Sequence record: PV764938.1 | Length of the DNA stretch: 64,000 bases | Reading direction: 5' to 3' (one strand) | In this document: in pieces, positions 17,916 through 26,208 of the stretch | How positions within the stretch are numbered: position 1 is the stretch's first letter | Layout: each line of letters begins with the position of its first letter | Made by a program: the position numbers and the translations under genes | The notes under the pieces: generated by a model | Database searches by the model: none | What the model saw: only the letters and a program-made list of their open reading frames with translations | Told to the model about the DNA's origin: nothing

Positions 17916-18324
17916 AGAAAAAGAAGAACTCAAAATGTGGCTTGTGGTTCGCGGTGATATCGTGATCCCAAAGGGAAAGCTTGCTGCTCAAGCCGGTCAC
18001 GGATTTTGCTCGGCAATGCGTGCGGCACTTGAAAACGATGCCTGGGGCAAAGCGACCGACGAGTCCGGTTACTACGAGGGTGTTGTCGATCGCTACTTCG
18101 AGCAGAACCAGCCCAAGATCACAGTCGTTGCAAAGAATCTCGCAGCCTTAGAGCGTGCCTACAAAGAATGTATGGACGAGATGCTGCCGTGTAGCTTTAT
18201 CATCGATGAGGGCCGTACGGTGTTTCCTGAGCCCACAGCGACTGTGGTTGGGATTGGTCCGTGCCTGCGTAGTGAGCTACCGAAGTTCGTACAGCGTTTT
18301 CAACTGATGAAAGACGACGAATGA
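17908..18324 (+). CDS. peptidyl-tRNA hydrolase, Pth2 type
   Basis: KGKLAAQAGHG, QPKITV, IIDEGRTVF, TVVGIGP signatures of PTH2. Confidence 0.9.
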   Translation: MAEEKEELKMWLVVRGDIVIPKGKLAAQAGHGFCSAMRAALENDAWGKATDESGYYEGVVDRYFEQNQPKITVVAKNLAALERAYKECMDEMLPCSFIIDEGRTVFPEPTATVVGIGPCLRSELPKFVQRFQLMKDDE

Positions 18325-19109
18325 CACTTTTCGTCCTCCAAAACAATCGTATGGAACGCCTGGTCTATCCCGTGCTGGACTATTGTCGTGAGCGTGGCTA
18401 CCAGTGGCTGGATCGGTCGATGACCGATGACTTTGATTTTGACGCCGTAAACTATGAAGAGTTCGGCGGTCATCATCAGCCTATGATTGTTTATGGTTCA
18501 GTCGGTTGGTGCAAGCTGGCGGCTAATTGTTTGGTCACGGGCATGTACGTTTGGAGCGGAACAAAGGTCTTTGATTCTTACTATTGGCAGCAAACGCTGG
18601 GTAATGGCTATTTGAATCATGATGGCACGCTAGTCCGCGCTGACTCCATCGAGGACCTTTTCAGTCACTATGCGTTCCACGACAAGTACCATCTTCGTCC
18701 CTCGAATGAGGACAAGGCTTTCCTTGGTGCAGTCTACGACAGAGAGTCGTGGCTCCGACATAAGGAAGAACGCAATGTTGTGGGCCATCTTCCCGTGATG
18801 ATGAGTCCGTTGAAGAAGATCAACGCGGAATATCGCAGTTGGTTCATCGACGGTAAAATCATAGAGATCAGTCAGTATCGGCTTAACGATGTGCATGATC
18901 GTCAACGTATCACGGATCCCAAGCTGTTTGCGGTTGCCGAGGGTATTGCTGAGCAACTACAGGTGGATCATCCCTATGTGTTGGATTTCGCTGACACCGA
19001 CGATGGTTTCAAACTGATCGAGACCAATCCGCTTCATGCTTCGGGTTGGTATGCCGCTAATGTCGGCAACGTGTTGGATGCTTGGATCGAATACGTGAAT
19101 AAAAAGTAA
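18321..19109 (+). CDS. ATP-grasp protein (DUF4343/R2K-like)
   Basis: LRPSNEDKAFLG, EYRSWFIDG, YVLDFAD...LIETN ATP-grasp motifs; paralog of 34859-35629. Confidence 0.75.
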   Translation: MTLFVLQNNRMERLVYPVLDYCRERGYQWLDRSMTDDFDFDAVNYEEFGGHHQPMIVYGSVGWCKLAANCLVTGMYVWSGTKVFDSYYWQQTLGNGYLNHDGTLVRADSIEDLFSHYAFHDKYHLRPSNEDKAFLGAVYDRESWLRHKEERNVVGHLPVMMSPLKKINAEYRSWFIDGKIIEISQYRLNDVHDRQRITDPKLFAVAEGIAEQLQVDHPYVLDFADTDDGFKLIETNPLHASGWYAANVGNVLDAWIEYVNKK

Positions 19110-19117
19110 AAGAGTAT

Positions 19118-19146
19118 TTGACTCCTCGGAGTCAACTCTATACAGT
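19118..19146 (+). promoter_or_regulatory. sigma70-type promoter of Y-like RNA 1
   Basis: TTGACT-N17-TACAGT, predicted start near 19153. Confidence 0.75.
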
Positions 19147-19152
19147 AGGGAA

Positions 19153-19291
19153 TGTGGGAGCCGATTTATTTGGGTTATCTCTTATTGGAAAAGACGGGGT
19201 CAGGTTCGAATCCTGAGGGCTCCACCATTCTATGGGGCTCTGGTGTAGCGGATAGCATCGAAAACAGTCCAGATATCCACTTGCTCTCACA
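19153..19291 (+). ncRNA. YrlA-type Y RNA 1 (Ro60-binding-like stem plus permuted tRNA-like domain)
   Basis: TGTGGGAGC/GCTCTCACA terminal stem; GCCGAT/CACTTGC bulged helix; TATTTGGGTT/AGTCCAGATA stem; order T arm, acceptor-like hairpin, D arm. Confidence 0.85.
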
Positions 19292-19310
19292 CTTTCCTTT
19301 CTGTTGGTTT

Positions 19311-19332
19311 AGAGCGTCCTTCGGGGCGCTCT
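19311..19332 (+). terminator. terminator-like hairpin
   Basis: AGAGCGTCC-TTCG-GGGCGCTCT; weak U tail. Confidence 0.7.
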
Positions 19333-19414
19333 AATCGTTTCAGGAAGAAAACAGGTTGACGGCCTTCCTGTTTGTGTTAAGTTCGAGGCACAAACAACAC
19401 GGAGATCGAAACAC

Positions 19415-19888
19415 ATGTCTAATTTCCTCAAGGTCGGCGACGTATTCTTCGCAAACACGACTTTCGAATTCGCCTACGCCGATCTCGGCTCCTACGGCCA
19501 CGAAAAGCAGTACAAGAAGGGCGAATCAGTTCTCCAGGTTTCGGATCGCGGCGACACTCGCGAACGTCACATGGTCACCACCGGCTATGATCCCAAGACC
19601 GGCCGTCGGCTTGAAGTCGAATCCCATGCACACGAAAAGCATTCCAAGCAGCGCGTCGGCAAAGAGTTTGTGGTCGAAACCGTCCGCAATCTCGCACCAA
19701 GCGAACGCGATGGTATCCGCTCGGAACCGGAAGTCACGGCGCGCCGGCTCAACAAGGACGGCTCCTACGATCCCAATGGCGAACTGATCAAGTTCGTTGA
19801 TCGTCCCGAAGATCAGGGCTCCAACTATTCGACGGCCGCGACGGTCAGGGTTCACCGCAAAATGAAGCGCGTGGTCAACTTCGTATGA
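19415..19888 (+). CDS. hypothetical protein
   Basis: GGAGATC RBS; promoter at 19356. Confidence 0.75.
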   Translation: MSNFLKVGDVFFANTTFEFAYADLGSYGHEKQYKKGESVLQVSDRGDTRERHMVTTGYDPKTGRRLEVESHAHEKHSKQRVGKEFVVETVRNLAPSERDGIRSEPEVTARRLNKDGSYDPNGELIKFVDRPEDQGSNYSTAATVRVHRKMKRVVNFV

Positions 19889-20187
19889 TCAGTGCTCGAG
19901 TTATTGCGAGGGAATCATCGCTCGAAGAATATCGGGCGAGTGTTCGGACCCAAAACTCCTGGATGCAACGTGGGGTGCAACTTTACGTTCTTGAGATTGA
20001 GGGTCAGCCCTACATTGGGTCATGGTATCCGAATGGTGCGGAACAAGACGCATTCAAGGCCAAATCCGACGAAGTCTATGCTTGGATTCGCAATATGGGT
20101 ATTGAATCGCAAACGACTCCCTGGCGTAATTTTTACTCGATGCCAAATAAAGCGACAGCGATGCAATTTAAGTTAACTTTTTGTTGA
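19885..20187 (+). CDS. FKL-motif family small protein
   Basis: VYAWIRNMG...YSMPNKATAMQFKLTFC. Confidence 0.75.
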   Translation: MISARVIARESSLEEYRASVRTQNSWMQRGVQLYVLEIEGQPYIGSWYPNGAEQDAFKAKSDEVYAWIRNMGIESQTTPWRNFYSMPNKATAMQFKLTFC

Positions 20188-20218
20188 CTTATTTCCGTGG
20201 TTCTCGTATAAATAGAAC

Positions 20219-20293
20219 TGCGGTGAGGACAACGGGTAAGTCACGAGCCTCATAAGCTTGGGAACCGGGTTCAACTCCCGGCACACGCAACCA
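20219..20293 (+). tRNA. tRNA with CAU anticodon (Met, fMet or Ile2 unresolved)
   Basis: CGAGC-CTCATAA-GCTTG anticodon arm; GGTTCAACTCC T arm; CCA; one bulged A in acceptor; U1-A72 and A11-U24 but no triple G-C anticodon stem. Confidence 0.85.
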
Positions 20294-20321
20294 AAAAGCC
20301 AGGACATTGTTCCTGGCTTTT
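20294..20321 (+). terminator. intrinsic terminator
   Basis: AAAAAGCCAGGA-CATTGT-TCCTGGCTTTT. Confidence 0.85.
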
Positions 20322-20422
20322 CCGTTTCTTGTATAAAGGTGAGAAAAATCACAAAAACTTCTTGCAGGAAACTCCTAATCCTATTAGTGTTTCCAAAATA
20401 AGGTGCAAACGAGGATAACACA

Positions 20423-20830
20423 TTGACTACTTGGTCCCGCTCTGGCAACGCCAACTTCGAACAGTTCAAACACCGCGTGAAGCTTTCTTCGTCCCAGTGG
20501 ACGACAATCAACAAAAACGGCGAGCGTCCCGGCTACGACCACGGCGGTCCACTGCACCTGGTCGGTGACATTTTCAAGGAAATGAAGTCCAACGAATCCT
20601 TCAAGGCTTTCTCCGTTGAGCGCCGTGCAACCCGCACAATGTTCGTTCCCGAGATCATCGTGAAGGACGAACCGCTGCCCGCGCACATGATCACGGAGCA
20701 GGGCATCGCAGCTCTTGCACAGGGCCCGCAGTACGATATGTTCATCAGCTTCGAATCCAAGGATGAAGCAGCTCTCTTCAAGCTGAGCTTCTCCGGCGGC
20801 GTTGTTGTCGGCCACGGCGGCATCAATTAA
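20423..20830 (+). CDS. FKL-motif family protein
   Basis: TTG start after GAGGA; ISFESKDEAALFKLSFS. Confidence 0.75.
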   Translation: MTTWSRSGNANFEQFKHRVKLSSSQWTTINKNGERPGYDHGGPLHLVGDIFKEMKSNESFKAFSVERRATRTMFVPEIIVKDEPLPAHMITEQGIAALAQGPQYDMFISFESKDEAALFKLSFSGGVVVGHGGIN

Positions 20831-20893
20831 ACAGCGTTTTTGCTGACACCAAACTGACGGTAAATACCTCGCAACTAACTGCGAGGTATTTCC

Positions 20894-21289
20894 ATGTTCG
20901 CGCTAAGCCAACGAAGCCTAAATGAGCTCCAGGGTGTTCACCCTGATCTAGTGCGTGTCGTACAACGCGCAATTCAAATCACACAAGTCGATTTCATGGT
21001 CACATGCGGCGTTCGTACGATCGCTGAACAGAAGGTGCTGGTTGCTGCTGGTGCTTCTAAGACTATGAACTCCCGACACATTCCCGGCAAAGATGGTTTC
21101 TCCAAGGCTGTTGATCTTGCTGCGATGATTGGTCCGAATGTCCGTTGGGATTGGCCGCTCTACGCAACGCTTGCTGTGGCTATGAAGACTGCGGCTGCCG
21201 AGCTGAAGGTTCCATTGGAATGGGGTGGTGATTGGAAGTCCTTCAAGGACGGTCCTCACTTCCAGCTTCCCGCAAAGTTTTATCCGTAA
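20894..21289 (+). CDS. endolysin, peptidase M15C (L-Ala-D-Glu endopeptidase) type
   Basis: LQGVHPDL, CGVRTIAEQ, SRH, AVDL, WGGDW...DGPHFQL; TAAATA at 20861; GAGG RBS. Confidence 0.9.
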   Translation: MFALSQRSLNELQGVHPDLVRVVQRAIQITQVDFMVTCGVRTIAEQKVLVAAGASKTMNSRHIPGKDGFSKAVDLAAMIGPNVRWDWPLYATLAVAMKTAAAELKVPLEWGGDWKSFKDGPHFQLPAKFYP

Positions 21290-21298
21290 GGTGAGCAA

Positions 21299-22261
21299 AT
21301 GGGTCTTCCGAGCATCGGTCAGTATGTTGGGGTAGTTTCGTCAAGCAGTTCGGCGAAAGCTCCCTCTGTCGACGGTAAGTTCGTAATCATTGCAAGCGGC
21401 GCATCTACCAATTCGAACCGTCTCAACTATAGTAGCGATGGTAAGACTTGGGCTGTTGGTACAATTTCGGACCGAGACTGGAGATCCATTTGTTTCGACA
21501 CCCACAACAAACGTTTCATCGTCTCAGGCGGTGGTATCGCATATTCCGCCTATTCTAGCAATGGCATAAGCTTCACGACAGTTTCTCACGGAGTTTCCTA
21601 TATCACGGCTGCCGTAAACACCACAGGAACTTCAATTCTTGTCGGAACAAACACCGCTGCATATTCAACAGATGGTGGTGCAAACTGGACAACCACAACA
21701 ATTCCTGCTGGTACCTATTACGCGGCAGAGTGGTCTCCCTACTATGGAAAATTCTATGCAATAGCCACAAATGGTTCCCGTGTCTCTTCTCCCGATGGTA
21801 TAACATGGACAGCACAAACGTCCACTTCTGCGGTATCATGGGTCAATATTGATACGAACGGATCTGGCAGAATGGTGGCGATCGCGTATTCGAACCCCAC
21901 GTATATCACGACCAGCGACGATGGTACCACATGGAGCGCCGCAACATCCGCAGGCATTGATGCAAACGGTACAGTTATGAAATGGCTTCCGGCTCCACGT
22001 TCGCATTGGGTTGCAGGTTCTCAAAGTAATCAAGGACTCTTTACGTCGACGACTGGTGCTGCCGGTTCCTTTACTCGTCAAACTGGTTTCGGTTCAAATC
22101 CATTTGGTATTGCTTATTCTCCAGAGCTCAATATCCTGGTCACTGCCAATTACAGCAGCTTGCCCCAGTATAGCACTGATAATGCGAGTGCAGTCTGGAC
22201 AAACGGTTCAAACGTTTCGAGTAACCTTTGGCAAGACATCGCTTGGGGTAATTTCGCATAA
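21299..22261 (+). CDS. Asp-box/BNR beta-propeller protein, probably virion or late
   Basis: Repeated SxDGxxW motifs (SSDGKTW, STDGGANW, SPDGITW, SDDGTTW); Ser/Thr/Gly-rich. Confidence 0.7.
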   Translation: MGLPSIGQYVGVVSSSSSAKAPSVDGKFVIIASGASTNSNRLNYSSDGKTWAVGTISDRDWRSICFDTHNKRFIVSGGGIAYSAYSSNGISFTTVSHGVSYITAAVNTTGTSILVGTNTAAYSTDGGANWTTTTIPAGTYYAAEWSPYYGKFYAIATNGSRVSSPDGITWTAQTSTSAVSWVNIDTNGSGRMVAIAYSNPTYITTSDDGTTWSAATSAGIDANGTVMKWLPAPRSHWVAGSQSNQGLFTSTTGAAGSFTRQTGFGSNPFGIAYSPELNILVTANYSSLPQYSTDNASAVWTNGSNVSSNLWQDIAWGNFA

Positions 22262-22383
22262 CCTGTGCGTCAAAATCTTTTCTTAAAAATTCAGGAATTT
22301 ATGTCGTTTTGTGGTTGACGCTCCTGTTTCCTTCCTGTTAACTGATTGCATAGACATCGGAACAGCATTGGGAACAGCAACAC

Positions 22384-24024
22384 ATGCAAGCAACAGCAAA
22401 CGCAACTACGCTGCAAAAGCGTGCTTCTGCCGCTATTAAGAATCTCTTCGACCAGGGCGAAAAAGCGGTGCTGGTGCAGGCAATGACTGGAGCCGGTAAG
22501 ACCTACATCGGCTTTGATTTCATTGTCGAATATCTGCTTGCAGATCCTTCCCACAAGGTTCAGATCGTTGTTCCGACGATCGCACTGGTTGAACAGTTTC
22601 ACGAAACTGCCCAGCGTTTTGGTTTCCTCGCTTCCGTATATCACGGCGAACTCAAGTATCGCCTCGATGACGAGGGCAAGAAGGTGAAGATGGAATATCT
22701 TCCCCAAGCTCGGATCAACATTACGCTTCCCGACACTTTCAAGACGCTGATCGTAGACGGCAAAAATCACTACGGCTTCGACATGTCCTGGAAGCCTACG
22801 CTGCTCATGATGGACGAAGCTCACAAAAACACGTCGGCTTCCTCGCAGGAATTTAAGAAGTGGGCACCGGAAGCTCTGGTTCTCGGTTTCACCGCAACTC
22901 CGCGTCGTGAACAGAACGAGCTTGGTGAATATCTCATCGATTGGTACGGCGACAACTTGCTGATCGCGGCTTCTCCTGAGGAACTGATCGAAGCCGGTCG
23001 CATTGTTCCGCCCAGCATTCACGAGTTCAAGGAATCCCACAACGAATTCGACGAATGGGAAGCACTCACAGAGGGCCATACAAACAAATCTACGATGGTT
23101 GTTGCGCGTGATACTAAAGCTGCAATTGCTTACGTGGACGGCTTCCGTAAGCGTTTTCCGCAGCTTCGTGTGGAACTCATCACTGCGGTCGGCGATATGA
23201 CTGCCGGTATTGCCCAGCAGACTCCGAAACAGCGCCAGCAACTGCAGAACGAATTCAAGCGTGGACTCATCGATGTGCTGGTTTCCGTCGATACGCTTTG
23301 CGAAGGTTTCGATGCTCCGCGCGCCAAGTTCGTAATGATCATGCGCAGCATGACAAGCGAAGCTCTCTACCATCAGGTTGTCGGTCGCGTGCTTCGTATG
23401 TTCACTTGCGCAGTCAGCGGTGAGACCAAGACGCACGGTTACGTCATGGACTTCGGTGGCAACCACAAGCGTTACGGCAGCATTGTCGAACGGGAATGGA
23501 CCCCTAAGGACTACGCTCCGTTGGTTTCGATTGTGGCAAACGACAACAGTGTTCCACGGAAGCAGTTCAACAAGGCAACGACGCTGATGATTTCCTGCTT
23601 CGGCTGCCAGAAGGTGTTCGACGTTAAGTCGCGCAGCACTTGCCCTGCTTGTAAGCGTTCGACGAAGGCATTCATCGACATTACGGTGAAGGATTATCTT
23701 CAGGACGTCTACAACATCCAGGCTTCCGAATACATCCAGAGCCACCACCGGGGCATGATGAAGAACTTGTTCTTGAGCCAGGCTGAATCAAAGTTCATCA
23801 AGAACGAACGCACCGGGAAGTTCGAGCCGGACATGTCACACACTATCACTATGCTCCGCACGATGATGAACGATCTGATGGGCCACAAGGTGTTCCTGGA
23901 TACTGGTCTTTTCGACAAGGATCACCAGGTACTCGCTGACATCTTCCTGAACGATAAGAAGCTCGGCGAAAAGCTTAATATTTCGTTTATGGACAAAGTT
24001 ACGCTTGCACTCGTAGCAGCGTGA
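22384..24024 (+). CDS. superfamily 2 (DEAH) helicase with C-terminal Zn finger
   Basis: AMTGAGKT, DEAH, TATP, GFDAP, QVVGRVLR; CFGC...CPAC. Confidence 0.9.
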   Translation: MQATANATTLQKRASAAIKNLFDQGEKAVLVQAMTGAGKTYIGFDFIVEYLLADPSHKVQIVVPTIALVEQFHETAQRFGFLASVYHGELKYRLDDEGKKVKMEYLPQARINITLPDTFKTLIVDGKNHYGFDMSWKPTLLMMDEAHKNTSASSQEFKKWAPEALVLGFTATPRREQNELGEYLIDWYGDNLLIAASPEELIEAGRIVPPSIHEFKESHNEFDEWEALTEGHTNKSTMVVARDTKAAIAYVDGFRKRFPQLRVELITAVGDMTAGIAQQTPKQRQQLQNEFKRGLIDVLVSVDTLCEGFDAPRAKFVMIMRSMTSEALYHQVVGRVLRMFTCAVSGETKTHGYVMDFGGNHKRYGSIVEREWTPKDYAPLVSIVANDNSVPRKQFNKATTLMISCFGCQKVFDVKSRSTCPACKRSTKAFIDITVKDYLQDVYNIQASEYIQSHHRGMMKNLFLSQAESKFIKNERTGKFEPDMSHTITMLRTMMNDLMGHKVFLDTGLFDKDHQVLADIFLNDKKLGEKLNISFMDKVTLALVAA

Positions 24025-24038
24025 GCGCATAGTACGCG

Positions 24039-24141
24039 AACACACACAGTAATGCTTTCGGGCAACGCGGTGTGTTAGTTGAGACGCTTTCGAGTGATTC
24101 AACGGAAGGGTGGCCCGGGCTTCGGCTAGGGTCACTCTTTT
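24039..24141 (+). ncRNA. structured 3' element with three UUCG-capped hairpins ending in a terminator
   Basis: AACACAC/GTGTGTT, GTTGA/TCAAC and GGGTGGCCC/GGGTCACTC stems, each enclosing a TTCG loop; TTTT tail. Confidence 0.55.
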
Positions 24142-24186
24142 AAATTCAACAGTTGACTACTGGCTCCAAAACAGTTAGATCAACAA

Positions 24187-24322
24187 TTGCAGGCCGATGG
24201 TGTAAGGTTATCGCATCTCAAGCCGGAAACAGAGGTTCGAATCCTCTACCCCGCACCAACTGAGTGGGGTTCGTCTAGTGGTTAGGACAACGTAAATGGT
24301 CTTATCCGACACTTGCCTGCAA
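24187..24322 (+). ncRNA. YrlA-type Y RNA 2
   Basis: TTGCAGGC/GCCTGCAA terminal stem; GCCGATG/CACTTGC; T arm AGAGG-TTCGAAT-CCTCT; acceptor-like ACCCCGC/GTGGGGT; D arm with AGTGGTTA loop; promoter at 24153. Confidence 0.85.
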
Positions 24323-24360
24323 CCCGAGTTTCTCCTTCGGGGTCGCTGTTGAAGACAAAA

Positions 24361-24386
24361 AAAGCCGCTCGAAAGGGCGGCTTTTT
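24361..24386 (+). terminator. intrinsic terminator
   Basis: AAAGCCGCTC-GAAA-GGGCGGCTTTTT. Confidence 0.9.
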
Positions 24387-24424
24387 ATTCTTGACTTACC
24401 AGGGCTCGTACACTAATTTGTTGC

Positions 24425-24560
24425 TGTGAGCCGATGATATAGGGTTATCTCAAAAACAGCCTTACGTGGGTTCGAATCCCTCCACAGGATTCTTTGGATC
24501 TTGTGTAGCCGAGTGGTTAGGCAGCCGTCTCAAAGGTCCTACATCTAACACTTGCTCACA
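24425..24560 (+). ncRNA. YrlA-type Y RNA 3
   Basis: TGTGAGC/GCTCACA terminal stem; GCCGATG/CACTTGC; T arm GTGGG-TTCGAAT-CCCTC; acceptor-like CACAGGA/TCTTGTG; D arm GCC-GAGTGGTTA-GGC; promoter TTGACT-N17-TAATTT at 24391. Confidence 0.85.
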
Positions 24561-24571
24561 CTGTATTGCGT

Positions 24572-24599
24572 AAAAAAGGCGGCCTTCGGGTCGCTTTTT
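24572..24599 (+). terminator. intrinsic terminator
   Basis: AAAAAAGGCGGCC-TTCG-GGTCGCTTTTT. Confidence 0.9.
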
Positions 24600-24669
24600 C
24601 CGTATCTGCCGGTTGACTTCCTTCCTATTTCTGTTAAATTCAGAACATAGGAACAACGGAGAGATCGAA

Positions 24670-25131
24670 ATGTCCGACGCACATATGTTTGAGGATGCTG
24701 CAACTGCCCTGAACTACATCATGTCGGGCAAGGCAATTTTCACGATCGTCTCCAAGAAGACCGGTCAGCGGTTCACCTACTTGGTTGAACGCTCCTCGCA
24801 GGACCGGAAGGATAAGCGTACTGACATCGGCTTCCGTTTCGTCAAGCTTCTCAACGGTCCCGACAACACGCGGAGCTTCCAGTACATGGGCATCATCCGC
24901 GGCCAGACTTATGAACACGGTCGTAAGAGCAAGCTTACGGAAACTGCTCCGAGCGTGATCGCCCTGAACTGGGTCATGCAGTCGCTGGTTCGCGGTGAGA
25001 TCCGTGCAGATCAGCTGGAAATTTGGCACGAGGGTCGCTGCGGTAAGTGCGGTAAAAGATTGACTGTCCCGGCCAGCATTGCTACGGGTCTGGGCCCGGA
25101 ATGCGTAAAGTCGGCATTCCGTTGCGTTTAA
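24670..25131 (+). CDS. DUF6011-like protein with C-terminal Zn-binding motif
   Basis: Ends WHEGRCGKCGKRLTVPASIATGLGPEC, matching the recalled DUF6011 pattern. Confidence 0.7.
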   Translation: MSDAHMFEDAATALNYIMSGKAIFTIVSKKTGQRFTYLVERSSQDRKDKRTDIGFRFVKLLNGPDNTRSFQYMGIIRGQTYEHGRKSKLTETAPSVIALNWVMQSLVRGEIRADQLEIWHEGRCGKCGKRLTVPASIATGLGPECVKSAFRCV

Positions 25132-25141
25132 GGAAAACATA

Positions 25142-25567
25142 ATGAATTGGAAGTTTTGGCAGAGACCGGTTCAAACGGAGCCGGTCAAGGTTTATCCGAT
25201 TGAAATTCCGGATGCTCCGATCGTGGTGAATCCACTTGAAGGCGCAACGATCAAAAACGGCCGTGAGGATATGCCGAAGCTCAATCGGACCTACACGAAA
25301 CAGTTGACGGCGGTTGCCGAAATCAAGCTGTCGTTTTCGTCGTCTGGCTATTGGGGGCGGCAGGCTGCTGGTACACTTACTCAGCCCAACTACAATTACA
25401 TTTTCTTCGATCCACATAAAATCGCCGACAAGATTCTGGACCCCAAGCTGGTTCCACTTGTCGAGGCATTCTGTGCGGCTGCCATTCAAGAGGATGCTCG
25501 CTGGCTGAAGGAAAACGCCAACGAATACGTCGATGAAAAAGGCCAGCGTTGGGTTAAGGCGTCATAA
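25142..25567 (+). CDS. hypothetical protein
   Basis: AAGGA RBS; 141 aa. Confidence 0.7.
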   Translation: MNWKFWQRPVQTEPVKVYPIEIPDAPIVVNPLEGATIKNGREDMPKLNRTYTKQLTAVAEIKLSFSSSGYWGRQAAGTLTQPNYNYIFFDPHKIADKILDPKLVPLVEAFCAAAIQEDARWLKENANEYVDEKGQRWVKAS

Positions 25568-25643
25568 AAATATTGCGGAACAAGGTCTTCCTTTGCTAGA
25601 TTACGATTGTGGTAAACACAAAGACGTAATTGAAAGGCATAAA

Positions 25644-26162
25644 ATGAAGAAGACTCTTGTTGCTGCGTTCGCAGCTCTTATGATTGCTGGCGCTGCACAG
25701 GCTGCTGATGCTGTTGATCTTCCCGGCGTTGTAGTTCCTGACTACGCTCCTGTAGCGCAGAACTACGTTGGTGTTTCTGTTGGCCAGTCCACAGGTGATG
25801 ACCGTCACAATTCGGTTGGCTTCACCGCAGGCCGTCAGCTCAACGAAAACGTCGCTGTTGAAGGCCAGTACGAACGCGCTTTCAACCGTAAGGGTTCCGA
25901 TTCGACGACAGACCGCGTTTCCGGTAATGTCCTCGTCGGCAAGCGTTTCGGCTCAGTAACTCCATACGCCCTGGGTGGTGTTGGTTACGAATGGCGTGAT
26001 GCAGCGGAAGACCGTGCAGTCTACGCACTCGGCGGTGGTGCAAAGCTCCACGTTTCCGAGAAGGTCGATCTGGATGCCCGCTACCGTTATATCAACTCGT
26101 TTGATTCCGACAAGCGCGGCGAAGATAACGTCTTTACTCTTGGCGTAAACGTTAAGTTCTAA
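25644..26162 (+). CDS. outer-membrane beta-barrel protein, RopB/Omp25-like
   Basis: Signal peptide MKKTLVAAFAALMIAGAAQA, mature N-terminus ADAV, alternating strands, PYALGG, EYRY-like ARYRY, terminal Phe. Confidence 0.85.
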   Translation: MKKTLVAAFAALMIAGAAQAADAVDLPGVVVPDYAPVAQNYVGVSVGQSTGDDRHNSVGFTAGRQLNENVAVEGQYERAFNRKGSDSTTDRVSGNVLVGKRFGSVTPYALGGVGYEWRDAAEDRAVYALGGGAKLHVSEKVDLDARYRYINSFDSDKRGEDNVFTLGVNVKF

Positions 26163-26208
26163 GACTTATTGACATGGCGTGTCCACATGTATAAATAAAG
26201 GACACTAT

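Noticed and set aside
19157-19227. Degenerate tRNA-Pro(UGG) ending in CCA
   Set aside because: The 3' acceptor strand pairs better with the downstream GGGGCTC, a proper D arm follows it, and the flanks match the two other Y-like RNAs.
19153-19334. Two-piece (permuted) tmRNA
   Set aside because: It has the Ala acceptor and permuted order, but only about 50 nt follow the D arm before the closing stem, with no pseudoknots or credible tag frame; it also has a full D stem and a Ro-type stem.
22291-23748. 485 aa antisense ORF (and similar ones at 9770-10501, 12066-12842, 40164-41060, 42511-43239, and + strand ORFs inside 48338-64000)
   Set aside because: Shadows of real genes caused by codon bias; no RBS, promoter or recognisable motifs.
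24188-24258. Pseudo-tRNA ending in CCA
   Set aside because: The upstream acceptor pairing is poor and there is no anticodon arm; ACCCCGC pairs fully with the downstream GTGGGGT as part of Y-like RNA 2.
24445-24535. Circularly permuted tRNA-Leu(CAA) gene
   Set aside because: TCTCAAA occurs on both sides, but there is no CCA or long variable arm, and the shared terminal stems with the other two RNAs explain the layout better.
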